Origin: Ilumatobacteraceae bacterium
Lineage (GTDB): Bacteria; Actinomycetota; Acidimicrobiia; Acidimicrobiales; Ilumatobacteraceae
Assembly (NCBI GenBank): GCA_035557475.1
Contig: DATMDV010000370.1
Location: 2,336 to 66,335, forward strand
DNA: 64,000 nucleotides
Reading direction: 5' to 3'
Numbering within the stretch: the stretch's first letter is position 1; the number at the start of each line of letters is the position of its first letter. A program made the position numbers and the translations under genes. A model generated the notes under the pieces. That model saw nothing but the letters and a program-made list of their open reading frames with translations. It had not been told where the DNA came from and ran no database searches. Positions 27,580 to 37,011 of this stretch are shown here, in pieces.

Positions 27580-28722
27580 TCAGCCCGCGGCCAGCTCGCC
27601 GACGACCTCCGCCCACCGCTCGCCGACGACGCCGATCTCGAACCGGGCAAGGCATCGCCGGCGGGCCGCCGCACCCATCGAACCAGGGTCGTCGAGAACA
27701 CGCCGAAGCGCGTCGGCCAGCGCCGTGACGTCGCCCGAAGAGACGAGCAGGCCGGTCTCCCCATCGGCGACGACCTCGGACACCGCCCCGACGTCGTAGG
27801 CGACGACCGGGCGCTCGCTGAGGCCGGCTTCGATGAGCACGCCGGGCATCCCCTCGGTGCGACTGGCGAGGACGACGATGTCGGCCGCGGCGTACACCGG
27901 GGCGACAGCAGGCACGGCGCCGACGAAGTGGACGCGGGCCGGCGCGTCACGATCGGCTCGCGCCTCGAGCGCGGCACGCCCGGGGCCGTGACCGGCGACG
28001 AGCAGGTGCGCGCCCGGAAGCCGGGCGACGGCGGCGATCGCGTCGTCGACCCGCTTCTCATGGGTCAGCGAGCCGATGTAGGCGACGACCGGCGCGTCAG
28101 CGGGCACGTCGAAACCACGACGGGCTTCCAGCCTCGTGGCGGCGTCGGGCACCGGGCACCGCTCGGACGCAACGCCGTTGGGGACGACGCGGATCTTGGC
28201 CGACGGCACGCCGTGGCGGGCCATCAACACGTCGGCGGCGCCATCCCAGAGAACAGTGACGATCCGGGCCCGCCTCAGCAACAACGCCGTGCGGACGCGG
28301 CGCACCCCGCGCGTCGACCACGCGCTCGGATCACCGATGCTGCGGTAGGCGAACGGCACGCCCGTCGCGGCAAGCGCCATCGCACATGCCGGGAGCGTGC
28401 GGGAACCGTGTGCCACGGCCGCCGATGCGCGGTGCGCCTCTCGTCGCAGGGCCAGCAGCGTCGACGGCCCGAGCTCGCGCCGACCGAGCACGCGTACCGG
28501 AAGCGGGTTACGTTCGGTGCCCGCCCTCAACGCGACCACATCGGAGCTGATCCCGCGCCGTACCAGGTCGTGCGCCAGGTCGGCGGCGAAGACCTCGGCG
28601 CCGCGCCGCTGGGTCGACACGGTGACGTGGAGCACTCCGGCGGCCGCGCCTGGCAACGTCGGAGACGAATCACCTGACCGCTCGACCTCACCGCCGTCGC
28701 TCACGGGACCCATCCTGCCCAT
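27580..28722 (-). CDS. GT4 glycosyltransferase
   Basis: LHVTVSTQRRGAEVFA N-terminus; VLASRTEGMPGVLIEAGLSERPVVA (EX7E). Confidence 0.8.
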   Translation of the reverse strand: MGRMGPVSDGGEVERSGDSSPTLPGAAAGVLHVTVSTQRRGAEVFAADLAHDLVRRGISSDVVALRAGTERNPLPVRVLGRRELGPSTLLALRREAHRASAAVAHGSRTLPACAMALAATGVPFAYRSIGDPSAWSTRGVRRVRTALLLRRARIVTVLWDGAADVLMARHGVPSAKIRVVPNGVASERCPVPDAATRLEARRGFDVPADAPVVAYIGSLTHEKRVDDAIAAVARLPGAHLLVAGHGPGRAALEARADRDAPARVHFVGAVPAVAPVYAAADIVVLASRTEGMPGVLIEAGLSERPVVAYDVGAVSEVVADGETGLLVSSGDVTALADALRRVLDDPGSMGAAARRRCLARFEIGVVGERWAEVVGELAAG

Positions 28723-28886
28723 CGCCGTGACCGTCTCCGTTGCACCGAGGCTCGCTCAGCGGCCATGATCAGGGCTCAGCGTCTTCGCCGGGGGCGTCCG
28801 GCGGGTCGGATGGCGGGTGTGGCGCGGGCAGCTCGACCGCCAAATGACAGTGCCCATGCGGTGGACCTCTGCGGGAAGGAACGGAC

Positions 28887-29726
28887 ATGAAGACAGTCGA
28901 CGGTCCACCGGCCGAACTGCTCTTCCGCCGCGCGGTCCGGCCGCTGGTGATGCTCCGCGAGCTGTGGAGCCGCAGGGAGCTCGTGGTCGTGCTGGCCGAA
29001 CGCGAACTGCGGGCGCGGTTCAAGCAGACGCGCATCGGCTTCGCCTGGGCACTGATCACGCCGTTCATCATGATGGTCGTCTTCACGGTGTTCTTCAAAC
29101 GGGTCGCCGACGTCAAGACGTTCGGCGTCCCGTATCCCCTGTACTCGTACGTCGGGCTGCTGTCGTGGACGTTCTTCTCGGGTGCCCTGTCGAAGGGCGC
29201 GGTGAGCATCGTCCAGAACCTGGCGCTGCTGAACAAGGTGTACTGCCCCCGCGAGGTGTTCCCGATCTCGTCGATCGCGACCGCGGGCGTCGACACCGCG
29301 ATCGCCACGACGATCCTCGGCGTGCTGTTCGTGATCTATGGCTTCATGCCGCACGCGGCATCGCTGTGGGTCCCGGTATTGCTGGTGATCCAGCTCACGT
29401 TCACCATCGGCCTCACGATGGCGCTGGCCGCAACGGTCGTGTACGTGCGCGACATCCGTCAACTCCTGCCGATGGTGCTCCAGCTGGGTCTGTTCGCGAC
29501 GCCGGTCGCATACGGGCTCGACGTGATCCCCACCAATTGGTGGCGGCCGTACTCGGCGCTCAACCCGCTGGCGCCGGTGATCGACGGGTACCGGCGGAGC
29601 GTTCTCTTCGGCGAGCAACCGCACCTCGACCTCGTGGGCATCGCCGCCGTGACGAGCGTCATCACCCTCGTCGCCGGCTACCTGGCGTTCAAGAAGATGG
29701 AGACCGGCTTTGCCGACGTCGCCTGA
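28887..29726 (+). CDS. ABC-2 type polysaccharide export permease (Wzm-like)
   Basis: LWSRRELVVVLAERELRARFKQTRIGFAWALITPF signature, followed by 6 TM helices. Confidence 0.85.
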   Translation: MKTVDGPPAELLFRRAVRPLVMLRELWSRRELVVVLAERELRARFKQTRIGFAWALITPFIMMVVFTVFFKRVADVKTFGVPYPLYSYVGLLSWTFFSGALSKGAVSIVQNLALLNKVYCPREVFPISSIATAGVDTAIATTILGVLFVIYGFMPHAASLWVPVLLVIQLTFTIGLTMALAATVVYVRDIRQLLPMVLQLGLFATPVAYGLDVIPTNWWRPYSALNPLAPVIDGYRRSVLFGEQPHLDLVGIAAVTSVITLVAGYLAFKKMETGFADVA

Positions 29727-30900
29727 CGGCACGATCGTCGCCTCGAACGTCTGGAAGCGGTTCCGCGCCGATCCGACGAGGCAGTCGCTGCGGGCGCGCG
29801 CCGCCAACGCCAAGCGGCACCGGAGCGGTCGAGGGCGACGCGGCTGGCGCTGGGCACTCGAGGACGTCGACGTCCGGGTCGAGCCCGGTGAGGCGATCGG
29901 CCTGATCGGGATCAACGGCTCGGGGAAGTCGACGTTGCTGAAGATCCTGGCGCGGGTGATGTATCCGTACGCGGGCAGCGTCGAGGTCGCCGGCCGCACC
30001 GGTGCGTTGATCGAGGTGCGCGCCGGCATCCACCCCGAGCTCACCGGACGCGAGAACATCCACCTGTACGGCACGCTGCTCGGGTTGCCGCGCCGGATGG
30101 TGAGCACGCGCTTCGACGACATCGTCGAGTTCGCCCAACTCGAGGAAGCCGTCGACCGGCAGGTCAAGTTCTACTCGAGTGGTATGCAGATGCGGCTCGG
30201 CTTCGGAGTCGCCGCCTTCCTCGAGCCCGACGTGCTGCTCGTCGACGAGGTGCTCGCCGTCGGCGACACCGGGTTCCAGCAGCGATGCATCGACCGCATG
30301 CGCACGATGCTCAGCGCCGGCACCACGTTGGTGTTCGTGTCGCACGACCTCGCTGCCGTCGAGAGCATCACCGAGCGTGCCGTCTGGCTGCACGGGGGGC
30401 GGGTTCAAGAGGACGGACCCGTGCGTGACGTGCTCGGTTCGTACCGCCAGGCGCTCGAGCACGTCTCCGAGCTCACCGCCGACAACGACGGTGTCGTGCG
30501 TCTTGTGAAAGCCAGGGTCGCCGCCGTCGAGGGCGAACTGCTGCAAACCCAAGAGCCTGCCGACATCTTCCTCGTGCTGCGCAGCGGGCAACCCGCCGCG
30601 GGACGCCTGTGCATCGGGTGCAGCGAGGGTCCCGCGGCACCGATCTTCCTCCTCCGCCACGACCTGCACCTCCCCGACGACCGCGAGGTCGAGGTCCGGT
30701 GCCGCATCGATCGCCTTCCGCTGCCCCGTGGTCGCTACTACCTGTGGGTCGGCGTGTTCCTCGCGAGGGGCGAGCTGCTCGGATGGCAACCGGGCGCCTA
30801 CTTCGACGTCGCCGGGCCCGACCTCGACGTCGGCCCGCCCGGGATCGGGCGCCTGTCCCCCGTCCACGTCGCCGCCAGCTGGGAGGTCGGGCAGCAGTGA
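29710..30900 (+). CDS. ABC polysaccharide export ATPase with C-terminal glycan-binding-type domain (Wzt-like)
   Basis: Walker A GINGSGKSTLL, signature YSSGMQMRLGF, Walker B LLVDEVLAVGD. An extra ~140-aa beta-rich C-terminal domain (GRYYLWVGVF...) is arranged as in Wzt. TTG start. Confidence 0.8.
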   Translation: MPTSPDGTIVASNVWKRFRADPTRQSLRARAANAKRHRSGRGRRGWRWALEDVDVRVEPGEAIGLIGINGSGKSTLLKILARVMYPYAGSVEVAGRTGALIEVRAGIHPELTGRENIHLYGTLLGLPRRMVSTRFDDIVEFAQLEEAVDRQVKFYSSGMQMRLGFGVAAFLEPDVLLVDEVLAVGDTGFQQRCIDRMRTMLSAGTTLVFVSHDLAAVESITERAVWLHGGRVQEDGPVRDVLGSYRQALEHVSELTADNDGVVRLVKARVAAVEGELLQTQEPADIFLVLRSGQPAAGRLCIGCSEGPAAPIFLLRHDLHLPDDREVEVRCRIDRLPLPRGRYYLWVGVFLARGELLGWQPGAYFDVAGPDLDVGPPGIGRLSPVHVAASWEVGQQ

Positions 30901-32150
30901 GGGCCGCGGCGCTGCCGGCAGGTCGGCCCGCAGTGCTCTTCGTCAGCGTCCCCACCGGCATCGGCGGATCGACGCGCTCGCTGGCGACCGTGTTGTCCCA
31001 CGTCGCCGACGACGCCGTGTGCATCCTCGCCGGGCCGCGGTCCGGGCGGTTCGTCGATCTCGTCCGCCAGAACGGGATCGATCTGCACCTCCCGATCATC
31101 TCGAGCGGCCGCGTGCGCCCGCTGCGCCGGGCGTGGACGGCGGCGCGGCTGGCGGCGTTCGCCGTTCGGCACCGCCGCCGGCTGGCGGCGATCCACGCCA
31201 ACGGCCTCAAGGAGCTGAGCTTGTCGCTCCCTGCTGCCGTCGTGAGCCGGGTCCCGCTCGTCGTCTGGGTCCACAACTTTGCCGTACCACCTTCGGTGCG
31301 CCTGTTCGGGTGGCTGTGGCGCACCGTGCTGCCGCGGTGCGACGTGCGCTGGGCGGCCGTCTCACCGCTTGCCCGCGACATCGCGGTCGGCGCCCGCCTG
31401 ACGGCGGCCGGCGACGTCGTGATCGTGCCCAACCCGATCGACGCCGCCGACGTGGTCGCACCGGCCAGGCAGGTCTCCGACACCGTCTCCGTCGCCTACC
31501 TCGGTGCGCCGCGCAAGTACAAGGGGTTCGCCCAGCTGCCCGCCATCGTCGAGCAGTCGCAGCGCCTGGTGAGCGCCGAGTGGCTCGTGTTCTCGCACCA
31601 GACCGACGACGATCTGGATGCGACCTGGCAGCAGCTCCGCACGATGGCCGCCGACGGGCTGGTGTCACTCGAGGGCAAGTTCCCCGACGTCCGCTCCGTG
31701 TACGCCCGGTGCGACATCGTGGTGTGTCCGTCGGAGCTCGAATCGTTCTGCCGGGTCGCGGCGGAGGCGATGCTGAACGGCATCCCCGTCGTCGGCAGCG
31801 ATCTGGCGCCCATCCGTGCCTTGCTCGGTGACGACGAGGCAGGCCTGCTCTTCCCGGTGGGCGACACCGAGCGGGCGGCCGCCGCGATCGCCCGCCTCGT
31901 GGAGGACGACGAGCTGCGGGCGCGGCTCGGCGAGGCCGGGCGTCGGCGGGCCGCGCCGTACAACCCGGCGAGCGTGCGTCGCCAACTGCTCGAGCTCTAC
32001 GGGATCGGCGATGCCACCGCTGGTGTCACGGCCGCGGCGAGGGCCGACGCGGGCGTCCCATGGCGCGCCGGACGACGCCGGGCAGCCGGACGCCACCACC
32101 GTGCACCGACCAGCGCACCCGACCCCATGCCGCGGCCGCCCGGGCCGTGA
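30897..32150 (+). CDS. GT4 glycosyltransferase
   Basis: The GTG start overlaps the Wzt stop (GTGA). VLFVSVPTGIGGSTRS N-terminus; VVCPSELESFCRVAAEAMLNGIPVVGS (EX7E). The last ~40 codons overlap the convergent sulfotransferase gene. Confidence 0.8.
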   Translation: MRAAALPAGRPAVLFVSVPTGIGGSTRSLATVLSHVADDAVCILAGPRSGRFVDLVRQNGIDLHLPIISSGRVRPLRRAWTAARLAAFAVRHRRRLAAIHANGLKELSLSLPAAVVSRVPLVVWVHNFAVPPSVRLFGWLWRTVLPRCDVRWAAVSPLARDIAVGARLTAAGDVVIVPNPIDAADVVAPARQVSDTVSVAYLGAPRKYKGFAQLPAIVEQSQRLVSAEWLVFSHQTDDDLDATWQQLRTMAADGLVSLEGKFPDVRSVYARCDIVVCPSELESFCRVAAEAMLNGIPVVGSDLAPIRALLGDDEAGLLFPVGDTERAAAAIARLVEDDELRARLGEAGRRRAAPYNPASVRRQLLELYGIGDATAGVTAAARADAGVPWRAGRRRAAGRHHRAPTSAPDPMPRPPGP

Positions 32151-33018
32151 TCGACGGCCGGGCGGCACCCCGCTCGTAACCGAGCTGGCTCAACAGGTCG
32201 CCGGCGACCGCCTCGAAGCGCTCGAGATCGGCGGGCGCCATGGCGGTGCGCCACGAGCGGGGTCCCGACGACAGCGGTTCGGCGAGCCGCGCGTGCCGCG
32301 GGTTGGCGCGGACCTTGGCCGGCACGCTGTCGCGACGTTCGAAGAACTGCAACATGCCCGGCTCGTAGTCGAGGTCGAGGAAATTGCACAACGCGGCGAT
32401 CGGCTCGGCCGGATCGGCCACGAGCTGCTCGTAACGCACCTCGTGGTAGCGATGCGCGCCGAGTCGCGCGCCGGCCGCCCGACCGGCCTCGACACGCCGC
32501 CGCCAGTCGATGGCGAGGGCGACCGGGTCGTGGCGCTGGCCGGCGATGGCCATCGCCGACAACGCGACGTCCCGTCCGTCGCGGATGATGTGGACGAACC
32601 GCCCCTCGGGGAACATCTCGGCGAGGGCCGGGATGCGCAGCACGTAGGCAGGCATCTTGTCGCCATAGCGGACTTTGCCGCGCTGCGACGCGTAGTGCGC
32701 GAACACCCGCCGGACGGCGTCGGGGTAGTCGGCGACCGGGGCGCCGCCAAGCGCCACCCGCAGATCGTCAGGATCCAGACCGAGGTTGCCGCGGACGCCG
32801 GGATCGGCGAGGAGGTCGGCGGTGAAGGCGTCGACGTCGAAGCCCTCGGTTCGTTCGTACCGCGACCGGCGGCGGCTCATCGGGAAGACGAACCGTCCCT
32901 CGTGGCACACGGCCAACCGGCTGTGACCATCGAGCACGGTGCGCAGCACCGAGGTGCCGGAGCGACCGGCGCCGAGGACGAACACGAACGGTGGGAACTG
33001 CTCAGGGGCCGTCATCAC
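32026..33018 (-). CDS. sulfotransferase, family A, paralog 1
   Basis: 5'-PSB loop FVFVLGAGRSGTSVL; 3'-PB FVHIIRDGRDVALS. About 320-336 aa, like its paralogs at 38002 and 45117. Basic/Trp-rich C-terminal tail. Confidence 0.8.
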   Translation of the reverse strand: MMTAPEQFPPFVFVLGAGRSGTSVLRTVLDGHSRLAVCHEGRFVFPMSRRRSRYERTEGFDVDAFTADLLADPGVRGNLGLDPDDLRVALGGAPVADYPDAVRRVFAHYASQRGKVRYGDKMPAYVLRIPALAEMFPEGRFVHIIRDGRDVALSAMAIAGQRHDPVALAIDWRRRVEAGRAAGARLGAHRYHEVRYEQLVADPAEPIAALCNFLDLDYEPGMLQFFERRDSVPAKVRANPRHARLAEPLSSGPRSWRTAMAPADLERFEAVAGDLLSQLGYERGAARPSITARAAAAWGRVRWSVHGGGVRLPGVVRRAMGRPRRPSPRP

Positions 33019-33905
33019 CCGCCCGCCGTGTAGCCGAACCGGTCCGCGCCCGACGCTGCGAGCAGCTCGTCGAGCCGGGCGATCTGCTCGACGGTGAGCT
33101 CGTCGCGGTGACCGCCGACCGTGCCGCGTCGGGTCTTGTACGTGTCGTGGTCGCCATGGCGGCCCGGGCGCAGCTTCTCGGAGGCGAACGCCTCGGTCTC
33201 CTCGAGTTGGCGCATGTTGTCGAACGAGCCGAACTCGACGGCGTCGGCGACGATCGCGGGTGCAACGTCGCCGGCGCCGGCGAACGTGAGCACCCGGCGC
33301 AGTTCGGCGTCGGGCTGAGCGTGCAGGTCCTCATACCGCACGACGAGGACGGCGCCCGGCGCGTCGAGCTGGTCGGCCCAGGCGTCGTAGAACCGCAGCA
33401 GCGACTCGAACCCCCCGACACGTTCGTCGAGGAACTCGGCGAGCGTGCCGCCGTAACCGCCGTGCCGCCCTCGACGCTGGTGATACAGCGAGACGATCAC
33501 GTCGCGGGGGTCGCGCACCAGCAGGATCACCCGCGTGCCGCGGTAACGCGACTTGTCGACGTCGACCTCTTCGGGCGCCTTCCACTGCGCCTCGTCGTCA
33601 TGCGTGGCAACGATGCACGGGACCCGGGCGTCGAGCTCGGCCAGCCGGTGCAGCTCGACGAGGTCGGCGTCGGCCGGCAGGTCGTACTGCAGCTGGAACA
33701 CCCGGCCGAGCATCACCCGCAGCCACGTCCGCCCGCACTTGGGGAACGAGACGAGGTACACGTCGGTACGCAAGCGGCGGTAGGAACCGAGCAGGCGACG
33801 GGGCAGGATCGCGGCGATGCGCTTGCGGGCCCGCGGCGTGAGCGAGCCCGCGATGCGACGGTGCGTCGCCCTCAACAAACCGCCCATCCCGGAGAGGTTA
33901 GGCAT
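33015..33905 (-). CDS. sulfotransferase, family D (Sulfotransfer_1-like)
   Basis: VSFPKCGRTWLRVML corresponds to the PKSGTTW 5'-PSB loop. ILLVRDPRDVIVSLYHQ is the 3'-PB motif. Start at ATG 33905 or 33887. 4-nt overlap with the family A gene. Confidence 0.8.
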   Translation of the reverse strand: MPNLSGMGGLLRATHRRIAGSLTPRARKRIAAILPRRLLGSYRRLRTDVYLVSFPKCGRTWLRVMLGRVFQLQYDLPADADLVELHRLAELDARVPCIVATHDDEAQWKAPEEVDVDKSRYRGTRVILLVRDPRDVIVSLYHQRRGRHGGYGGTLAEFLDERVGGFESLLRFYDAWADQLDAPGAVLVVRYEDLHAQPDAELRRVLTFAGAGDVAPAIVADAVEFGSFDNMRQLEETEAFASEKLRPGRHGDHDTYKTRRGTVGGHRDELTVEQIARLDELLAASGADRFGYTAGG

Positions 33906-34037
33906 CCGAGCGCAGGGCGTCGCCTTTGCACGCGCGATGCTGCCGCGGGACAATGCCAGCGGGCCGCCGCCGCGGGGCCGAATGTCAGCGGCATGGTCGG
34001 GGAGGAGCGGTCCGACAGGATGAGGCAGGAGGCGGTG

Positions 34038-34916
34038 ATGCAGGCTGGGAAGCAGGCCGGTGAGGCGCGCCATGACCAGCCCGTCGTCATGCGCCGCGAC
34101 GACGGCGGCCATGACGAGATCGAGTTCTTCGGCGACGGTGAGCTGCTGTTCGGCTGCCGCCACGTACCGGCGGGCGATATCCGGGCCGGCCTCGTGGTGT
34201 GCCCGTCGATCCTCTCGGACGCCGGCGCCAACTACCAGCGCGAGGTCCGCCTCGGCCGGCAACTGGCCGCGGCCGGGATCGTCGTGCAGCGCTTCCACCC
34301 GCGCGGCACCGGCCACAGCGACGGTGTCGGTTCCGACCTGACGTTGGGCTCCTTGGTCGAGGATGCACGGGCCGCGGCGGCGCAGCTGCGCGCGCGGTGC
34401 CCGGTCGAGACCGTGATGGTGCTCGGAACCCGATTCGGCGCGCTCGTGGCGGGTGCCGTCGCCGCCGAGTTGGACGACGCTCCGGTCGTGCTGTGGGAGC
34501 CGACGACCGATCCACGGCGCTTCCTCCGCGAAGGCCTGCGGGCCCGCGCCGTGCACCTCGTCCGGCAGGCCGGGGCCGAACGCGAAGATCCCGAGGTCGA
34601 GCTCGACCGCCAGGGCTTCATCGATCTGCTCGGCGTTCCGGTCGGGCGCGGGCTGTTCGAGACACCGGCCGGCCACGACCTGGCGAGCCAGATGGGCGAT
34701 CGACCGCGCCCGGTGCTGCTCGTTCAGATGGACCAACGCGACGATCTCCGCCCCGAGTACGTGAACCTCGTCGACCGCTGGACGGAGCTGGGGTTCTCGG
34801 TCACCACCCGATGCTGCCCGTGCGACGAGACGTGGTGGTACGTCCACGACCGGCTGGCACCCGCCGCGCACCTGCTCGACGCCACCGCTGAGTGGCTCTT
34901 GGCCCGATCGCCGTGA
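34038..34916 (+). CDS. alpha/beta-fold protein (hydrolase 1 of a tandem pair); Arg at the nucleophile position
   Basis: GLVVCPSILSDAGANY, FHPRGTGHSDG, and the elbow region VMVLGTRFGALVAG (G-T-R-F-G instead of GXSXG). ATG 34038 has AGGAGG 5 nt upstream. Other in-frame ATGs are at 33993, 34020 and 34089. Confidence 0.6.
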   Translation: MQAGKQAGEARHDQPVVMRRDDGGHDEIEFFGDGELLFGCRHVPAGDIRAGLVVCPSILSDAGANYQREVRLGRQLAAAGIVVQRFHPRGTGHSDGVGSDLTLGSLVEDARAAAAQLRARCPVETVMVLGTRFGALVAGAVAAELDDAPVVLWEPTTDPRRFLREGLRARAVHLVRQAGAEREDPEVELDRQGFIDLLGVPVGRGLFETPAGHDLASQMGDRPRPVLLVQMDQRDDLRPEYVNLVDRWTELGFSVTTRCCPCDETWWYVHDRLAPAAHLLDATAEWLLARSP

Positions 34917-35851
34917 GTCCGATGTCCGAGACACCCGACGCGACCGCGGCCGACGAGCTGCCGGTCGTCGTCCCGGCGAGCACCGGCGACCTGCTGGCAG
35001 TCGTCACCACGCCAACGGGCCCGGCGGCCGGGCTCGCCGCGGTGCTGTTGCGCGGCGCCGGCTGGCGTCCATCGTCGGGCCCGCGACGCACCCAGGTGCG
35101 ATTGGCGCGCCGGCTCGCGGCGGCCGGGGTGCACGGAGTGCGCTTCAGCTACCACGGCGTCGCCGAGAGCGGTGGCCAGAGCGAGGACATCGTCCGCCTC
35201 GACCAGCCGTTCGTGGAGGACGTCGACGCAGTCGCCCGATGGCTCGCCGGGGAGAACCTGCGGCCGGTTCTGGTCGGGAACTGCTTCGGGGCGCGGACGG
35301 CGCTGTCGTTCGCCGCCGGCCAAGCCGGTGACGCCGAGGTCGCCGGTCTGGCGCTGATCGTGCCGCCCGTCCACGACTTCGAAGTCGCCCGCCGGCTCGA
35401 CCGGCGCCCACTCCCCAAGCTCGCCCGGCGGGTGACGCCCACGCGCGCCTGGGCGGTGCTGCGCGATCCGGTCCGGCGACGGGCGATGGGCCGCACGCTC
35501 CGCGCCCTCTCCCACGTCGGCCGCCATCGGGTGCGGGCGGCGCGCGCCGACGATCCGGTGTGGCTGAGCCGCTCGTTCTGTCGCGAGCTCGACGACGTCA
35601 CCGCCCGCGGGATCCCGGTGCTGGTGGTCTACGGCGACGACGACAACTACTTCCGTGACTTCGAGCTCGCCCGCGCCGGCACGCTCGGCGATGTCGTCAC
35701 CCGAGCCGGCACACGGCTGGAGCTCCGTGTCGTGCCGGGGAAGATCCACGGGCTCACCAGCATCGAGACCCAGGAGGCCACGCTCGACGCGGTCGAGGAC
35801 TGGGTCCACGCCACATTGCTGCCGGGCTCGCGTCGCACGGAGCGCGCGTGA
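34913..35851 (+). CDS. alpha/beta-fold protein (hydrolase 2 of a tandem pair); Cys in the nucleophile elbow
   Basis: FSYHGVAESGG and the elbow VLVGNCFGARTAL (G-N-C-F-G). C-terminal VLVVYGDDD ... GKIHGL. GTG 34913 overlaps the upstream stop; ATG 34922 is an alternative. Confidence 0.6.
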   Translation: MSPMSETPDATAADELPVVVPASTGDLLAVVTTPTGPAAGLAAVLLRGAGWRPSSGPRRTQVRLARRLAAAGVHGVRFSYHGVAESGGQSEDIVRLDQPFVEDVDAVARWLAGENLRPVLVGNCFGARTALSFAAGQAGDAEVAGLALIVPPVHDFEVARRLDRRPLPKLARRVTPTRAWAVLRDPVRRRAMGRTLRALSHVGRHRVRAARADDPVWLSRSFCRELDDVTARGIPVLVVYGDDDNYFRDFELARAGTLGDVVTRAGTRLELRVVPGKIHGLTSIETQEATLDAVEDWVHATLLPGSRRTERA

Positions 35852-37011
35852 CGCGGATGCGGGTGATGCACGTCGTCGATTCGCTCGCCGCGTCCGGTGG
35901 CGCCGAACAGCGACTGGTCGAGGAGGCCGAGGCGATCGCCGACCGCTTCGATCAGCGCGTCGTGCGGCTGTACGGGCGCGACGAGCTGCAGCCCCGGCTC
36001 GAGCAGGCGGGCATCCCGGTCATCGCCCTCGGGATGACCGGCCGTCACGCCGGCCGCACCTGGCCCGTGGCGGTGTTGCGGTTGCGTCGGGCGTTGCGCG
36101 AGTGGCGCCCCGACGTCATCCACACGACACTCTTCTCGGCCAACCTCACCGGCCAGCTGGCGGCGCGGACGCTCGGGATCCCGGTCGTGTCGTCGTTCAA
36201 CCGGACCGGTGACATCACCCTCCAACGAACGCTGCAACCAGGTGTGGCCGGCTGGCGCGGGCGTTCGATGCAGGCCATCGCCGGCCGCGCCGCACGGTGT
36301 GGTGACGTGCACTTCCGGGCCGTCAGCGCGTACGCCCGCGACAGCAACTGCGAGCTGTTCGACGTACCGCTCGAGCGGGTCACCGTCGTCCCCCGGGGCA
36401 TCTCGGTCGGCGGCGCACCAGCGGCGGACCGCGCGGCGTTCGGGATCGCCGACGGAATCCCGCTGTTCGTCAACGTCGCTCGGCTCGTACCGGAGAAGGC
36501 GCAGCACCTGCTCGTCGACGCGTTCGCCGAAGTCCGCGACACGCTGCCCGATGCCGAGCTGGCGATCGCCGGCGCGTCGGGTTCGGCGGAACCGACGGTT
36601 CGGGCCGCGATCGCCCGCCACGGTCTCGACGGCGCCGTTCACCTGCTCGGCTGGCGCGACGACGTCCGCTCGCTCGTCGCCGTCGCCGACGTGTTCGTGT
36701 TCAGCTCGCTGTCGGAAGGGTCGCCGAGCGCGGTGCTCGAGGCGATGGTGATCGGAACGCCCGTCGTCGCGTTCGCCATCGCCCCCGTCGTCGAGCTCAC
36801 CGGCGGTCACGCCCGACTGGCGCCCACCGGTGCGCCGGGACTGCTCGCCCACGAGATGCTGGCGGCGTACAACGCTCCTGAACGGACGACCGAGATCGCG
36901 GGCGCGCAGGCGTGGGCCGCGCGGTTCGCGCTGAGCGACGTCGCCCGCCAGCTCGGCGACCTGCTCGAATGGCGAGCCGGTCGTCGGGCGGAACCCGTGC
37001 GGGCGGCATGA
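35848..37011 (+). CDS. GT4 glycosyltransferase
   Basis: MRVMHVVDSLAASGGAEQ N-terminus; VFSSLSEGSPSAVLEAMVIGTPVVA (EX7E). GTGA overlap upstream. Confidence 0.85.
   Translation: MTRMRVMHVVDSLAASGGAEQRLVEEAEAIADRFDQRVVRLYGRDELQPRLEQAGIPVIALGMTGRHAGRTWPVAVLRLRRALREWRPDVIHTTLFSANLTGQLAARTLGIPVVSSFNRTGDITLQRTLQPGVAGWRGRSMQAIAGRAARCGDVHFRAVSAYARDSNCELFDVPLERVTVVPRGISVGGAPAADRAAFGIADGIPLFVNVARLVPEKAQHLLVDAFAEVRDTLPDAELAIAGASGSAEPTVRAAIARHGLDGAVHLLGWRDDVRSLVAVADVFVFSSLSEGSPSAVLEAMVIGTPVVAFAIAPVVELTGGHARLAPTGAPGLLAHEMLAAYNAPERTTEIAGAQAWAARFALSDVARQLGDLLEWRAGRRAEPVRAA

Noticed and set aside
24969-28061. 1030-aa ORF that would fuse the Wzy-like membrane protein to a long N-terminal extension
   Set aside because: The N-terminal ~565 codons lie out of frame over two well-supported GT4 genes (26360-27499, 27580-28722) and translate to Arg/Pro-rich sequence. 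The membrane protein starts cleanly at ATG 26366, overlapping the GT4 stop.
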